IMG/VR virus record: IMGVR_UViG_3300010392_000400
Coordinates: 5,629-69,628 of that record
Length of the DNA: 64,000 bases
Reading direction: 5' to 3' (one strand)
From: a virus
A program made the translations under genes and the position numbers. The notes below the pieces were generated by a model. The model made no database searches and was not told the origin of the DNA. It saw nothing but the letters and a program-made list of their open reading frames with translations. Every line of letters begins with the position of its first letter. Position 1 is the first letter of the stretch. Below, piece by piece: positions 9,418-18,644 of the stretch.

Positions 9418-9508
9418 AGATCGTAATTAGAACGCCTTGTTCTCTGGCTCACGGACGAACCTAAACCATTGCGCCTTCCACCCCGCCCAAAAGAACAAAG
9501 GACTTAGC

Positions 9509-9537
9509 TTGACATTGTACCCTTAATATGTTACGGG
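9509..9537 (+). promoter_or_regulatory. Sigma70-type promoter (weak -10, TG extension)
   Basis: TTGACA-N12-TATGT-TACGGG; same TATGnTA pattern as the promoters at 10360, 19122 and 28207. Confidence 0.5.
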
Positions 9538-9664
9538 TATCTAGGTGTGGCACGGTATACAAGACGCAGCACAGGCAAAACCAGGATGTAAACCCCTTGG
9601 GGATAGGACTGGTTTTGGAGCTCCCGGTGTGTGTGTCCGTGTACCGTGTCACTCCTAGGTATCC
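9536..9664 (+). ncRNA. Rod-like ~130-nt hairpin RNA / leader
   Basis: gtggcacggtatac/gtgtaccgtgtcac, gacgca/tgtgtc, caaaaccag/ctggttttg nested stems with several G-U pairs. Confidence 0.6.
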
Positions 9665-9680
9665 AAGGAGGGCCTAGAAG

Positions 9681-9878
9681 ATGACCTGTGTTAAGAAGTA
9701 CTACGATGTGAACGTACCCGATGTCCCTTACCTTGGAGTTGTGGATGTCACAGTGTCCAAGGACGGGTACGACAATGAGTTCGAAGTAGAACAAAGTAAC
9801 CCTGGGTGGAACTCTCTCACCAAGGTGCAACAGGATTATATCCTAACGCACATAGAGGAAGAAGGAACAGGAGGCTAA
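9681..9878 (+). CDS. Hypothetical protein
   Basis: AAGGAGG RBS, 65 aa. Confidence 0.65.
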   Translation: MTCVKKYYDVNVPDVPYLGVVDVTVSKDGYDNEFEVEQSNPGWNSLTKVQQDYILTHIEEEGTGG

Positions 9879-9882
9879 AGGT

Positions 9883-10137
9883 ATGGACGGAATAGATGTA
9901 ATTGAGCAACACTGTGGAAAAGACACCGTGGATAAGCTCATAGCCGGGGACGACATAGCAGATACCTTAGAAGGCGACCAAGTCCTCTGGGACAAGTTGT
10001 ATGAGCTCTACCTCCCTGATATGCCCTACGGCACAGCCAAGGCGCGGGACGGGGACCCTGGTGAGTTTATCACAGATCAGCTTGAGTACGAAGTACAAAG
10101 AGCACAGGCTCTCAAGGAAAACCAAAGAGGCACTTAG
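9883..10137 (+). CDS. Hypothetical protein (MPYGTAKARDGDP motif, recurrent in small phage proteins)
   Basis: GGAGG RBS, 84 aa acidic. Confidence 0.7.
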   Translation: MDGIDVIEQHCGKDTVDKLIAGDDIADTLEGDQVLWDKLYELYLPDMPYGTAKARDGDPGEFITDQLEYEVQRAQALKENQRGT

Positions 10138-10138
10138 T

Positions 10139-10303
10139 ATGCCTAAGGACAAACCACCCTCTAAGAGAAAGACACGGAGACCTCCAGAAACCCTGAGGGC
10201 ACGAGGGCACGTTATACGTGTACCGAAGAAAACCAAAGATAAAGTCCCCAGGCGAACAAAGCACAAGACCGCGCCTTTGGACTTGGAAGATCAGAAGGAT
10301 TAA
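10139..10303 (+). CDS. Small basic protein
   Basis: GAGG RBS; MPKDKPPSKRK...RRTKHK. Confidence 0.55.
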   Translation: MPKDKPPSKRKTRRPPETLRARGHVIRVPKKTKDKVPRRTKHKTAPLDLEDQKD

Positions 10304-10309
10304 ACACTT

Positions 10310-10560
10310 CCCTAGTAAACTAAGGAATACCCTAGTAAAATCAATTCCTTAGTAAGGGGTTGACTTTCAGTCCGAAGTATGGTACTTAAGGTCTTCCTTA
10401 GTTAGTACAAAGACGTTCCTAGGAACACCTAGCAGTATCTTAACTGTCCTCCTTTCCTAGGAGTCTAAGTATTCCTAGGATAGCTTAGGAACCCTTTCTT
10501 AGGGGTTAAGGAACAAAGGGTATTCCTTAGTTCACTTAGCTATCCCTAGTATACCAAGGA
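10310..10560. repeat. Second CCTAGG/CCTTAG/CTAAGG short-repeat array
   Basis: Non-coding; 10465-10483 is the exact reverse complement of 5288-5306. Confidence 0.7.
10360..10388 (+). promoter_or_regulatory. Sigma70-type promoter
   Basis: TTGACT-N17(..TATGG)-TACTTA. Confidence 0.6.
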
Positions 10561-10567
10561 GCCTCTA

Positions 10568-10753
10568 ATGCAAAGAAAGACCAAACTTGAGGGCAGTCAC
10601 AAGCTACCTTCATTAGAAGCTGCTGAGCGTGTCAAAGCTTTCCTCGACGATGCCGATGCAGAGCCAGGTGACGCTGCCGCACACTTGACGCAGCTACGCA
10701 TGGATATGGCAGAGGTTGTCGAAGTCTTGAAGGAGAGGAAAGCAAATGACTAA
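10568..10753 (+). CDS. Hypothetical protein
   Basis: AAGGAG RBS, 61 aa. Confidence 0.6.
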   Translation: MQRKTKLEGSHKLPSLEAAERVKAFLDDADAEPGDAAAHLTQLRMDMAEVVEVLKERKAND

Positions 10754-11027
10754 ACCCCTTACAGAAGAAGAGGTGGACATTTGGCTTTGGAAAATTGCAA
10801 CGGCGGTCCAGTACGGACATCGCGGGCCACCTCGCACACAGGAAGTCGCACTAGCTGCCCATGACCTAATCCAATCCCTTAGCGCACGTGTAGAGAGGCT
10901 TGAGGGGGCGCTGGAACCGCTTACCGCACTCGCTGAAAAACACATTTATCCGCAGCCTGACAAACCGAATAGTGATTGGGCGACGGTCAAGGCCGCCCGC
11001 GCTGCACTCACAGGAAAGGAAGCGTGA
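10746..11027 (+). CDS. Hypothetical protein
   Basis: Coupled ORF ending ..ARAALTGKEA, typical of small prophage genes. Confidence 0.65.
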   Translation: MTKPLTEEEVDIWLWKIATAVQYGHRGPPRTQEVALAAHDLIQSLSARVERLEGALEPLTALAEKHIYPQPDKPNSDWATVKAARAALTGKEA

Positions 11028-11281
11028 TGGCTAGATGTTCTGATTGTCGTTTTTGGAGCCAAATGGTCGCTATGGCCGTGGACGAGCGCGGTGTTCAAGC
11101 CATGTGTCTCGCTGATGGTGGGCCGGAGCAGTCAAAGTATACGACAGCCAGCCAATCGTGCTCGGGCTACAAGCCACGCACATACGGCGCTGTTGATGAC
11201 CCGCCGAATTATGGCGAAGAAACCCGCCCTCTGTATATAGAGGCAGAAGGCCCTGACGCATTGAAGGCAACAACCACATGA
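11027..11281 (+). CDS. Small Cys-containing (CSDC..C..C) protein
   Basis: TGATG overlap, start MARCSDCRFW. Confidence 0.6.
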   Translation: MARCSDCRFWSQMVAMAVDERGVQAMCLADGGPEQSKYTTASQSCSGYKPRTYGAVDDPPNYGEETRPLYIEAEGPDALKATTT

Positions 11282-11538
11282 CTGATAAAGCAACAGCGCG
11301 TCCACTATGCCCACAGAACACGGGAGGGAGAGTGATGGATCAAGAACACAGCTATGATTTGCCATCAGACAACGAAGATCGACGGGAGGGGGACATACCC
11401 CTCGTTGAAATTAAGATTGAGGGCGGCACCATGCGCGTCACGTTGCATGACAGCAACTCATTCATCATCCTTGACGAAAGCGAGGCTCGCAAGCTGGCAA
11501 TGGTTCTGAAAACGCATGTCGGGTGGGACACCCCATGA
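11278..11538 (+). CDS. Hypothetical protein
   Basis: ATGA overlap. Confidence 0.55.
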   Translation: MTDKATARPLCPQNTGGRVMDQEHSYDLPSDNEDRREGDIPLVEIKIEGGTMRVTLHDSNSFIILDESEARKLAMVLKTHVGWDTP

Positions 11539-12524
11539 CCCAAACCCCAGATACGTCAAAAGAGGCGGTGGAGCAGCTTTGCCAAGCGGCGCGTGATGCT
11601 TCAATAGAGCTAAACGGCGGTGTTGAACACAACCTTTCGATGCTGTGTGACGCGGCAATAGACCTTGAGCAACAACTGGCCGCATTGCAGGAGGTGATTA
11701 TGTCAGGAACAGTATTCGAGAACGGCGGACCATCTTACTACAACGGAAGTATGGAAAAGCTACTCGGTATTGATACGCCTACGGATGATAAGTGTGCCGC
11801 GTGTGGCGCAACAGAAGATTTGCGCGGATCGCCGTGGCATTCTTCTCCTATCTGTAAACAATGCTTCATTGTTTGGTACGACTGCATGGATAGCCTTGAA
11901 GATGCCCGCGATCCTGCAAAGGTTGGCGCTGAAAGTATGCGGCGCAAAGAAGCGGGTGAATTTCCTTGGAATGCCACAACGGATGATGGAGATGGCCCCA
12001 TGACCAAAGTTCCCAAGCATATCAAAGAGCTTGTCAAAGGAATGCAAGCGCATGGCATAAGGTTGGAAGACCTTTCTCAATATCAGGCTGACCAAGCAAC
12101 AGCGCGTGAGCCTGAGATACCTCACCATGGAGGAAGGATGAAGATACGCATGGAAATCGAATTGGACTATGACGACGAGCTTATGCACGGTGATGATGAG
12201 GAAGCACGGAAATGGTTTTTGTTCGACATTTTGCGGGGAAACCACTTGGTTCTCCTTGATGTGGGGGATTTAGGGGATGAGGTTGGGCGCGTCCGTGTGA
12301 CCTCTTTCAAAAAGACAGCCAAAAGCCTGAGAACCGTTTGGAACAGGCTCGAAGCCATTGGCGACCCCGTGGTGGTGGCTGAGAACATTGGGGAACTGGT
12401 GGAGTCACTAGAAGAACTTTATTGGCTGGCCGATGAAACCAATCGGTTGCGTTATGCTCGGCAATATGACGCGGCTCAAGCCACCCTCGCCAAAATCAAA
12501 GGAGCCACTAATGACGCGGGATGA
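11535..12524 (+). CDS. Mosaic hypothetical ORF with internal in-frame starts
   Basis: RBS+ATG at 11700, 12000 and 12138; CAAC..CKQC zinc-finger-like segment. Confidence 0.6.
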   Translation: MTQTPDTSKEAVEQLCQAARDASIELNGGVEHNLSMLCDAAIDLEQQLAALQEVIMSGTVFENGGPSYYNGSMEKLLGIDTPTDDKCAACGATEDLRGSPWHSSPICKQCFIVWYDCMDSLEDARDPAKVGAESMRRKEAGEFPWNATTDDGDGPMTKVPKHIKELVKGMQAHGIRLEDLSQYQADQATAREPEIPHHGGRMKIRMEIELDYDDELMHGDDEEARKWFLFDILRGNHLVLLDVGDLGDEVGRVRVTSFKKTAKSLRTVWNRLEAIGDPVVVAENIGELVESLEELYWLADETNRLRYARQYDAAQATLAKIKGATNDAG

Positions 12525-12744
12525 ACTGAGAAAGAGAGTGCTAGGCGCAATCAAGAAAACAGTCGAAGGGCCTGAACCCACAACCAATAAAGAAGCTGAG
12601 AACTTGCTATCCGACGCCGCCATAGTCGCTGTGCTGAATGTGGTCAGCGAGTTGATCCCGGATGATCAGTGGGTTGGCCCGGGAACGGAGAAGTTTCACG
12701 CCCTCCTATCCCAATTCAATCAGACAACAGAGCAAGAGGAATAA
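12511..12744 (+). CDS. Hypothetical protein
   Basis: AAGGAG RBS before ATG 12511. Confidence 0.6.
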   Translation: MTRDELRKRVLGAIKKTVEGPEPTTNKEAENLLSDAAIVAVLNVVSELIPDDQWVGPGTEKFHALLSQFNQTTEQEE

Positions 12745-12752
12745 CGAGTTAT

Positions 12753-12888
12753 GGCGCGGGCTTACATGATGCGCATGTCGGTGTGAGAAGTCCGTTTAAA
12801 ACTTAAAGCTCCGAAGTTTGGCTAAGATAGGTGCCAACACCGAGGCCGGAGCCAACGGTAGGTAGTCAATCCTGCCCCGCGCCACCCA
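12753..12888 (+). ncRNA. tRNA-like RNA with expanded central arm
   Basis: 8-bp acceptor GGCGCGGG/CCCGCGCC, T-like arm GTAGG-TAGTCAAT-CCTGC, 3' ACCCA. Confidence 0.55.
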
Positions 12889-12931
12889 ATAAGTACCCTA
12901 AGTAACTCAAGAAGGAACATAAGGAGGTCCT

Positions 12932-15361
12932 ATGAAACCCTTGAAGTCTAAGACAGCCAACATGCAGATCGAAGGCGACGGTCTGCGTAAAACTAAGTTC
13001 AAGGTTGGTGTCTCAGAGGCGCAGATTATCAAGTACCTTACTTCGTTGTACTCGGACAAGTACCGAGCAGCGTTCTCTGAGATAGCGTCTAATGCAATGG
13101 ACGAAGTGCTCTTTGCCTTCTCTGAGGACAGAGACATCGAACCCTACGAAATCCTGTTACCTACCCAGGATGACCCTAACCTTCGCATTCGTGACTATGG
13201 ACGAGGAATGGAAAGGGAGTTTGCGTTCAACCAAATGACAACCTACGGGTTCTCTACGAAAGACGAGGACAACGTAGCCCTAGGGGGCAAAGGGATCGGA
13301 CTTAAGTCACCCTTGGCCCTAGGACCTTTCTCTGTTGAGACTGTCCACAAAGGCTTACTCACAGTGATAGCCAATGTCCCCGATGGTGGCGAAGGCAGTC
13401 CTGAGGCTATTGAAACCTTTCACGGTCCTACCGATGAACCCGATGGCACTACTGTAGTTATCCCAGCAGGGCAAAGGGACGTTCCTGAGTTTACTCGTGT
13501 GTGCAAGGAGTTCTTGAAGTATATGCCAAAGAAGGTACGTCCCAAGGTATCTGGAGTAGAGGTAGATTACTTCTGGGATCGCAAAGGGGCTACGGACTTG
13601 AGGTCCCATAAGATTCCCATTGTGTACGACAGGGACGCTGAGAGACAATACTACCGTTCTGATGATACTACGGAGCTTACGTTTATCATAGGGTATCGAC
13701 CATACACAGTGCGTATGTCCTCCATGCCCCTTGAAGCCCGTAACTCCCACGAGACTATCCTCAAGTTCATAGACAATCCCATTTACATCTTTCCCATTGG
13801 GTACCTGAGTATCTCGGACAACAGGGAAACCATAGACCTTGACAGAGTGACCATAGAACGTCTTGAAAAGCACTTCAAAAACACCGAAGGCAAGCTCATA
13901 GGGTACTTTGAGGAAAAGCTCAAGACAACCAAAAGCATAGACGAGGCCCTCGAAGCTGCCCAAGTCCTACGAGGTGCCCTAGGACGCCAAGACTACGACT
14001 GGACAAGCCCAGAAGGGCACACGTTCACTATCACAGATTATGGCAAAGTGAAACTAGAGAAGTACTTCATAGGCAAGCTTGGTAAAAGTACGTTCTACGA
14101 GAAGACCAAAGAGACTAACCCCATTACCAAAGACACCAAGACAGTAGAGACAAAGCGTAAGCTCGCCCAGGAAATATCGTTCTCAGGCAACTCCGTGGGG
14201 TCAAAGAAGTACCAGTACGGGCTATCGTGTTTTACCGAGGAAGATAATGAGGACTACTTTAGACTTTACGAGTACTGCGAAGACTGGTTAGACGACGACG
14301 GTAAGTTTCCGATCCTTTGGTGTGACCGCAGTAAGGCTAAGAACTGGAAAGTACGGGCTAAGTACTTTGTGTCTGAGGAAGGCAAGGACGCCTTGGACCA
14401 TTCCTTTGGAGAGGAGTATCCTAGTAGGTATGGTTCTAAGATCATCGTGTACTTCTTTGACCCCACTTGTCTTACAGAGGCGTTCCCAGACATGTACGAG
14501 GTCATAGCGTTGCACGACTTGGTAATTCCCAAGAAGACATCAATTTCCTCTAGTCCCAAGTCCTTCCTTGAGAAGATCATACTCCACGGAAGCAACTCTT
14601 GGTCGGCTAGGTACATAGATGAGGTATCCAAGAACCGTTCCAAGTACCTTTCCTACGAGTACGAAGACTCTTCGATACCCAAGAACATAGGCAACATCTA
14701 CTACGTACCTATTGTAGGCTCTGGTTACACAGATTACCCATTCCACAATGATACTTATGGGTACGGTCCAAACCGAGGCAGGTACTCACAGGACCATCTA
14801 AGGAGTGACATACACAGGATGATAGACGGAGGAGCCCTCAGGGCTAACGATGTCATAGTGTTCCCTAGCCTCAGTATTCGTCGTACCAAAGCGTGGGCTA
14901 CCGCTGTTAAATCCAGGGAGGTAAAATCCTTCCTTCACCTGTATCGTAGGTTCTACGCCAGGACGTCTTACGGACAAGGAAGTTCAAGGCAACACCTTGA
15001 CACTTCTGATGCTAGAAGGACTAGGCACTCCTTAGATAATTTTCAGAGGACCTTTCGAATCTTACAGGAACCAAGTCTACTAAAAGAAGCTCAGGAAGAG
15101 ACTACGAAAGTCGAGAAGTTCCTAGAGGATAACAGAAGTGATAACACAGGCAACAGCTTAGAAGCTAGTACCTTTTTCCCTGAGTACCTTAGGAAGCACA
15201 AGGGTATCAGGTACAAAAAGGTAGAGGCAAAAGGAAATATCGACGGACCCAAAGCGTTCGTACAAAAGTTTTCCTTGCTCGAAGACCGCCAAGGTCTCCA
15301 GAAGTACTACTTGGAGAAGGAAGGTCTTGGGCAGGGGGGTACCACCCCACCGACTAACTAA
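12932..15361 (+). CDS. rIIA: rIIA-like protein (GHKL ATPase N-domain)
   Basis: LYSDKYRAAFSEIASNAMD, IRDYGRGM, GFSTK..ALGGKGIGLKS, ISDNRETI; adjacent to rIIB. Confidence 0.85.
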   Translation: MKPLKSKTANMQIEGDGLRKTKFKVGVSEAQIIKYLTSLYSDKYRAAFSEIASNAMDEVLFAFSEDRDIEPYEILLPTQDDPNLRIRDYGRGMEREFAFNQMTTYGFSTKDEDNVALGGKGIGLKSPLALGPFSVETVHKGLLTVIANVPDGGEGSPEAIETFHGPTDEPDGTTVVIPAGQRDVPEFTRVCKEFLKYMPKKVRPKVSGVEVDYFWDRKGATDLRSHKIPIVYDRDAERQYYRSDDTTELTFIIGYRPYTVRMSSMPLEARNSHETILKFIDNPIYIFPIGYLSISDNRETIDLDRVTIERLEKHFKNTEGKLIGYFEEKLKTTKSIDEALEAAQVLRGALGRQDYDWTSPEGHTFTITDYGKVKLEKYFIGKLGKSTFYEKTKETNPITKDTKTVETKRKLAQEISFSGNSVGSKKYQYGLSCFTEEDNEDYFRLYEYCEDWLDDDGKFPILWCDRSKAKNWKVRAKYFVSEEGKDALDHSFGEEYPSRYGSKIIVYFFDPTCLTEAFPDMYEVIALHDLVIPKKTSISSSPKSFLEKIILHGSNSWSARYIDEVSKNRSKYLSYEYEDSSIPKNIGNIYYVPIVGSGYTDYPFHNDTYGYGPNRGRYSQDHLRSDIHRMIDGGALRANDVIVFPSLSIRRTKAWATAVKSREVKSFLHLYRRFYARTSYGQGSSRQHLDTSDARRTRHSLDNFQRTFRILQEPSLLKEAQEETTKVEKFLEDNRSDNTGNSLEASTFFPEYLRKHKGIRYKKVEAKGNIDGPKAFVQKFSLLEDRQGLQKYYLEKEGLGQGGTTPPTN

Positions 15362-15371
15362 GGAGGTTCTT

Positions 15372-16325
15372 ATGAATTACCCAGACGGTGTAGCAGTCAT
15401 TTTCACAGGTGACGCTGTTACTGTGTCCTATGGGCCCAGTATTAAAACTGTGAAGCGTGGTCAAGAGCAGTACACCCCAGTAATGGAGCACTTGCGTTCT
15501 TGGGAAAACAAAGGTGTACACTACGGCTACGTAGCCAAGGAAGAGTGGATTGAGAGCTTACTTAATGCCTTCGAACCCTCTCGTGTCTTGGAATCATACC
15601 TAGGCTCTCTAGGAGAAGCATCAAAGATCACATACGAGAATGGCCGAGTGTTCTACGATGGCAAGGAACTCCATAACACGGTGACAGAGCGTATCCGCGC
15701 CCTAGCCCGTGAAGGACTTACCATTGAGTACCTTTTGACGTTCTTGGACAGCCTGTTCCAGAATCCTTCGTACCGCTCAGTAGAGCAACTGTACGGGTTC
15801 CTGGAGAAGCACAAGATGCCTATTACCGCAGGTGGGTGCTTCAAAGCGTACAAAGTCATCAAAAGCAATTTCACGGATTGCTACACAGGGAATATTGACA
15901 ACTCTGTGGGACGTACCGTGAAAATGAACCGTAACCGTGTCGAAGACAACCCTGATCTGACATGCTCCGCTGGGCTCCACGTATGTGCCCACGAGTACGC
16001 TATTGGGTTCTTCTACGGAAGTGGTCGTATCTTGGTCGAAGTCGAGATTAACCCTCGTGACGTTGTGTCCATTCCAACGGATTACAACAACGCCAAGATG
16101 CGTGTATGTCAGTACAAGGTAACTGGGGTTCTTGAGGACCGGACTGATGTCCTTTCCAATCGCATTTACGATGGGTACGATGCCCGTGTAGCCTTTGACG
16201 AAGACAGCCCGGATTTCGGAGATGAGTACGACGAATCCTGGGTGTGGTCTGAGGACGAGGAAGATTCGTACGATCCCTATGATAATTGGGACGACGATGG
16301 CACGTACGATGATATTCCTTTTTAA
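15372..16325 (+). CDS. rIIB: rIIB-like protein
   Basis: QNPSYRSVEQLYGFL, GCFKAYK, TCSAGLHVC, INPRDVVSIPTDYNNAKMRVCQY. Confidence 0.9.
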   Translation: MNYPDGVAVIFTGDAVTVSYGPSIKTVKRGQEQYTPVMEHLRSWENKGVHYGYVAKEEWIESLLNAFEPSRVLESYLGSLGEASKITYENGRVFYDGKELHNTVTERIRALAREGLTIEYLLTFLDSLFQNPSYRSVEQLYGFLEKHKMPITAGGCFKAYKVIKSNFTDCYTGNIDNSVGRTVKMNRNRVEDNPDLTCSAGLHVCAHEYAIGFFYGSGRILVEVEINPRDVVSIPTDYNNAKMRVCQYKVTGVLEDRTDVLSNRIYDGYDARVAFDEDSPDFGDEYDESWVWSEDEEDSYDPYDNWDDDGTYDDIPF

Positions 16326-16347
16326 GGAAACCTAGGAGAAGTAGCTT

Positions 16348-17016
16348 ATGGATTACACAGTACACGTTACCCCTAAGTCTACCAATAAGAAGACTGGGCC
16401 AATCCCGGTAACGACAACAGAGAGGTCAACCTGCCCACCTTCCTGTTCTTGGTACGACAAGGGGTGCTACGCAAAGTATGGTCCTCTTGCCCTTCATTGG
16501 AACAAGGTTTCTGACGGTTCCAGAGGGGGTAATTGGGCTAAGTTCATAGAATGGGTCTCAGAGCTCCCTGAGGGCACTCTGTGGCGACATAACCAAGCTG
16601 GGGACCTCCCAGGCACTGAGGAGGCTTTAGACTCTGAGAAGGCCTTAGAGCTCTCCCTAGCGGCTAAAGGGACTATGGGGTTCACGTACACCCATAAGGA
16701 CTACAAGAAGAACTACGATGTTATTCAAAGTATGAACACCAATGGGTTCACTGTGAATACCTCGTGTGACACTTTAGATGATGCCGTGGAGTCCTACAGC
16801 CTTAACCTTCCTACTACTGTGCTTATTCCAGAGGCGTACGAAGGCCAGTCAAAGTTCAACTATAAGGATGTAGTGATAACGAGGTGCCCGGCAGAGTACC
16901 TTGACAAGACCTGTAAAACGTGTATGTTGTGCGCCCGAAGGTTCAGAGCTTCCGTTGTAGGGTTCACACCGCACGGCACAGGAAAGAAACACGTAAAGGA
17001 GGCCCTAAATGGCTAA
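16348..17016 (+). CDS. Gp88-like Cys-rich (putative Fe-S/metal) protein
   Basis: NKKTG..TCPPSC..GCYA, WRHNQAGD, FTYTH, CPA..CKTCMLC, GFTPHG. Confidence 0.65.
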   Translation: MDYTVHVTPKSTNKKTGPIPVTTTERSTCPPSCSWYDKGCYAKYGPLALHWNKVSDGSRGGNWAKFIEWVSELPEGTLWRHNQAGDLPGTEEALDSEKALELSLAAKGTMGFTYTHKDYKKNYDVIQSMNTNGFTVNTSCDTLDDAVESYSLNLPTTVLIPEAYEGQSKFNYKDVVITRCPAEYLDKTCKTCMLCARRFRASVVGFTPHGTGKKHVKEALNG

Positions 17017-17233
17017 GTGGCGCTCAATGAAAACTGCCCCAAAGGATGTTCCGATACTTGTTTGGGGATGCGCAGAAGGGGAATTATCCCAAAAGGAGAG
17101 GGAACCAGGAGTACACCATGTAAACAACTTTTTTGGTGGATGGTCTTGCATGGACTGTGATGGGTACTCTGTTTGGGTAGCTGAACCCCTTTGTTGGACA
17201 CCGGAACCTAAAGGACTTACAAATGAACGTTAA
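17009..17233 (+). CDS. DUF551-like small protein
   Basis: WRSMKTAPKD...PLCWTPEP. Confidence 0.65.
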   Translation: MAKWRSMKTAPKDVPILVWGCAEGELSQKEREPGVHHVNNFFGGWSCMDCDGYSVWVAEPLCWTPEPKGLTNER

Positions 17234-17471
17234 AACTAAGATTGTGACGAAGGGCGAAGAACCAAACGTCACTTCATTTGAGCCTGGTATCTTCTACCAA
17301 CACCTAACCTCTAGACGAGTATACTACTGTGCGTTTGGCAAATCTCGTATAAACCCTTACTTACTTAGTATCCACCCTAGAATTGACGACGAGTACGTAA
17401 CCACTAAGGACTACCTCCCTTCTTCTTACAAAAAGTTCGAAGGCATCTTAGAGATTACCCAAGAAAAGTAA
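17223..17471 (+). CDS. Hypothetical protein
   Basis: AAAGGA RBS, 82 aa. Confidence 0.6.
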   Translation: MNVKTKIVTKGEEPNVTSFEPGIFYQHLTSRRVYYCAFGKSRINPYLLSIHPRIDDEYVTTKDYLPSSYKKFEGILEITQEK

Positions 17472-17480
17472 GGACTTAGG

Positions 17481-17927
17481 ATGACTTGTAAATTCATCGT
17501 AACCGGAGGCTTTGACCCTCTACACCGAGGACACTTGGAACTCTTTTCCCTAGGGCCTACCATCGTAGGTGTTAACTCAGATGCGTGGTTGGAGCAAAAG
17601 AAAGGCACTTGGTTTCTCCCCTTGGAAGAACGCATGGCCGTTGTAAGCTCCTTAGTTAACGTGGAACGCGCCGTAGATTTCAATGACGACGATGGACACG
17701 CTGGGTGGTTCTTGAAGTGGTGTGCTATGACTTACCCTAAGGACGCATTGTTTTTCCTTAACGGAGGGGACAGGTTTTCTATGAGAGACCTTCCTAAGGA
17801 AGAACAGGATGCTTTGTACCAGTACAACATTACCCCCTTGTTCATAGCAAGTCCAAAGTCTAACTCATCCAGCAAGATACTAAAGGAATACTTAGAGAGG
17901 ACGAATAATGGAACAAGAACTAATTGA
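17481..17927 (+). CDS. Cytidylyltransferase-like nucleotidyltransferase (HIGH family)
   Basis: TGGFDPLHRGH, VGVNSDAWL..KKG, NGGDR, KSNSSS. Confidence 0.88.
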   Translation: MTCKFIVTGGFDPLHRGHLELFSLGPTIVGVNSDAWLEQKKGTWFLPLEERMAVVSSLVNVERAVDFNDDDGHAGWFLKWCAMTYPKDALFFLNGGDRFSMRDLPKEEQDALYQYNITPLFIASPKSNSSSKILKEYLERTNNGTRTN

Positions 17928-18255
17928 AATGTTACTAAGGCTTGAGGGCCAAATTAACGGAGCTGCTCCTGTTGCGTGGGAGGCTATTGTACGGGGTGTT
18001 TATGCTAAATCTGTCATAGAGGCATTTGTATGGATGTCTAGTATTCCTATGCTCTTGTACACAGGTTACCGGGCGTTCACGTATGACCAATGGGAGCATA
18101 GTGAGAGAAGTGAAATTATTTTTATGTCTACCCTATTATTTGGGGCACTAGGGCTTCTGTTCTTTGTCTTGGGATTAGTCTTTGGGTGGTTTACCCTACT
18201 AGGGCTTACTGACCCTGAGTCAAGAGCAATACTAGAGTTAGCAGGGATTATGTAG
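17908..18255 (+). CDS. Membrane protein
   Basis: Two hydrophobic segments. Confidence 0.65.
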   Translation: MEQELIEMLLRLEGQINGAAPVAWEAIVRGVYAKSVIEAFVWMSSIPMLLYTGYRAFTYDQWEHSERSEIIFMSTLLFGALGLLFFVLGLVFGWFTLLGLTDPESRAILELAGIM

Positions 18256-18338
18256 GGTGACTGAGAAAACCCTAAGAAAGCCCTGTAACCTAGGTTTTAT
18301 CTGTGGCTAGGCCACAAGTGTTACACAGGAGTTAAGGC

Positions 18339-18644
18339 ATGATTGAAGCATTTGCATTAGTGTTTTGCTTGGACCTCAGTTTTTCTAGCAGCAGTATTCA
18401 AGGGTACCGTGCTGGAGCCGCAGTTCATTGTGAATCTGTGTATGGACTGCCCACGCAAGAAGTATGTGAGCAATTAGGCTCTGATATGTCAGACAACTAT
18501 GCTTTGTACTATAACCCTCGTGCTATCGGAGTTGCGAGGAATAGAGGGCAATCAGAGAGAACCGATAGGTATAGTGTTCGTAGGGACCGCCTTCAGTACC
18601 AATGTGTTCCCAGTAAGGTGTCTTCACCAGAGGAAAGCAAATGA
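18339..18644 (+). CDS. Hypothetical protein with N-terminal hydrophobic stretch and C..C..C..YQCVP pattern
   Basis: AGGAG RBS, 101 aa. Confidence 0.6.
   Translation: MIEAFALVFCLDLSFSSSSIQGYRAGAAVHCESVYGLPTQEVCEQLGSDMSDNYALYYNPRAIGVARNRGQSERTDRYSVRRDRLQYQCVPSKVSSPEESK

Noticed and set aside
13355-13963. Long antisense ORFs (also 24365-25051, 37392-38027, 1248-1820)
   Set aside because: Shadows of well-supported genes on the other strand, with no RBS or motifs
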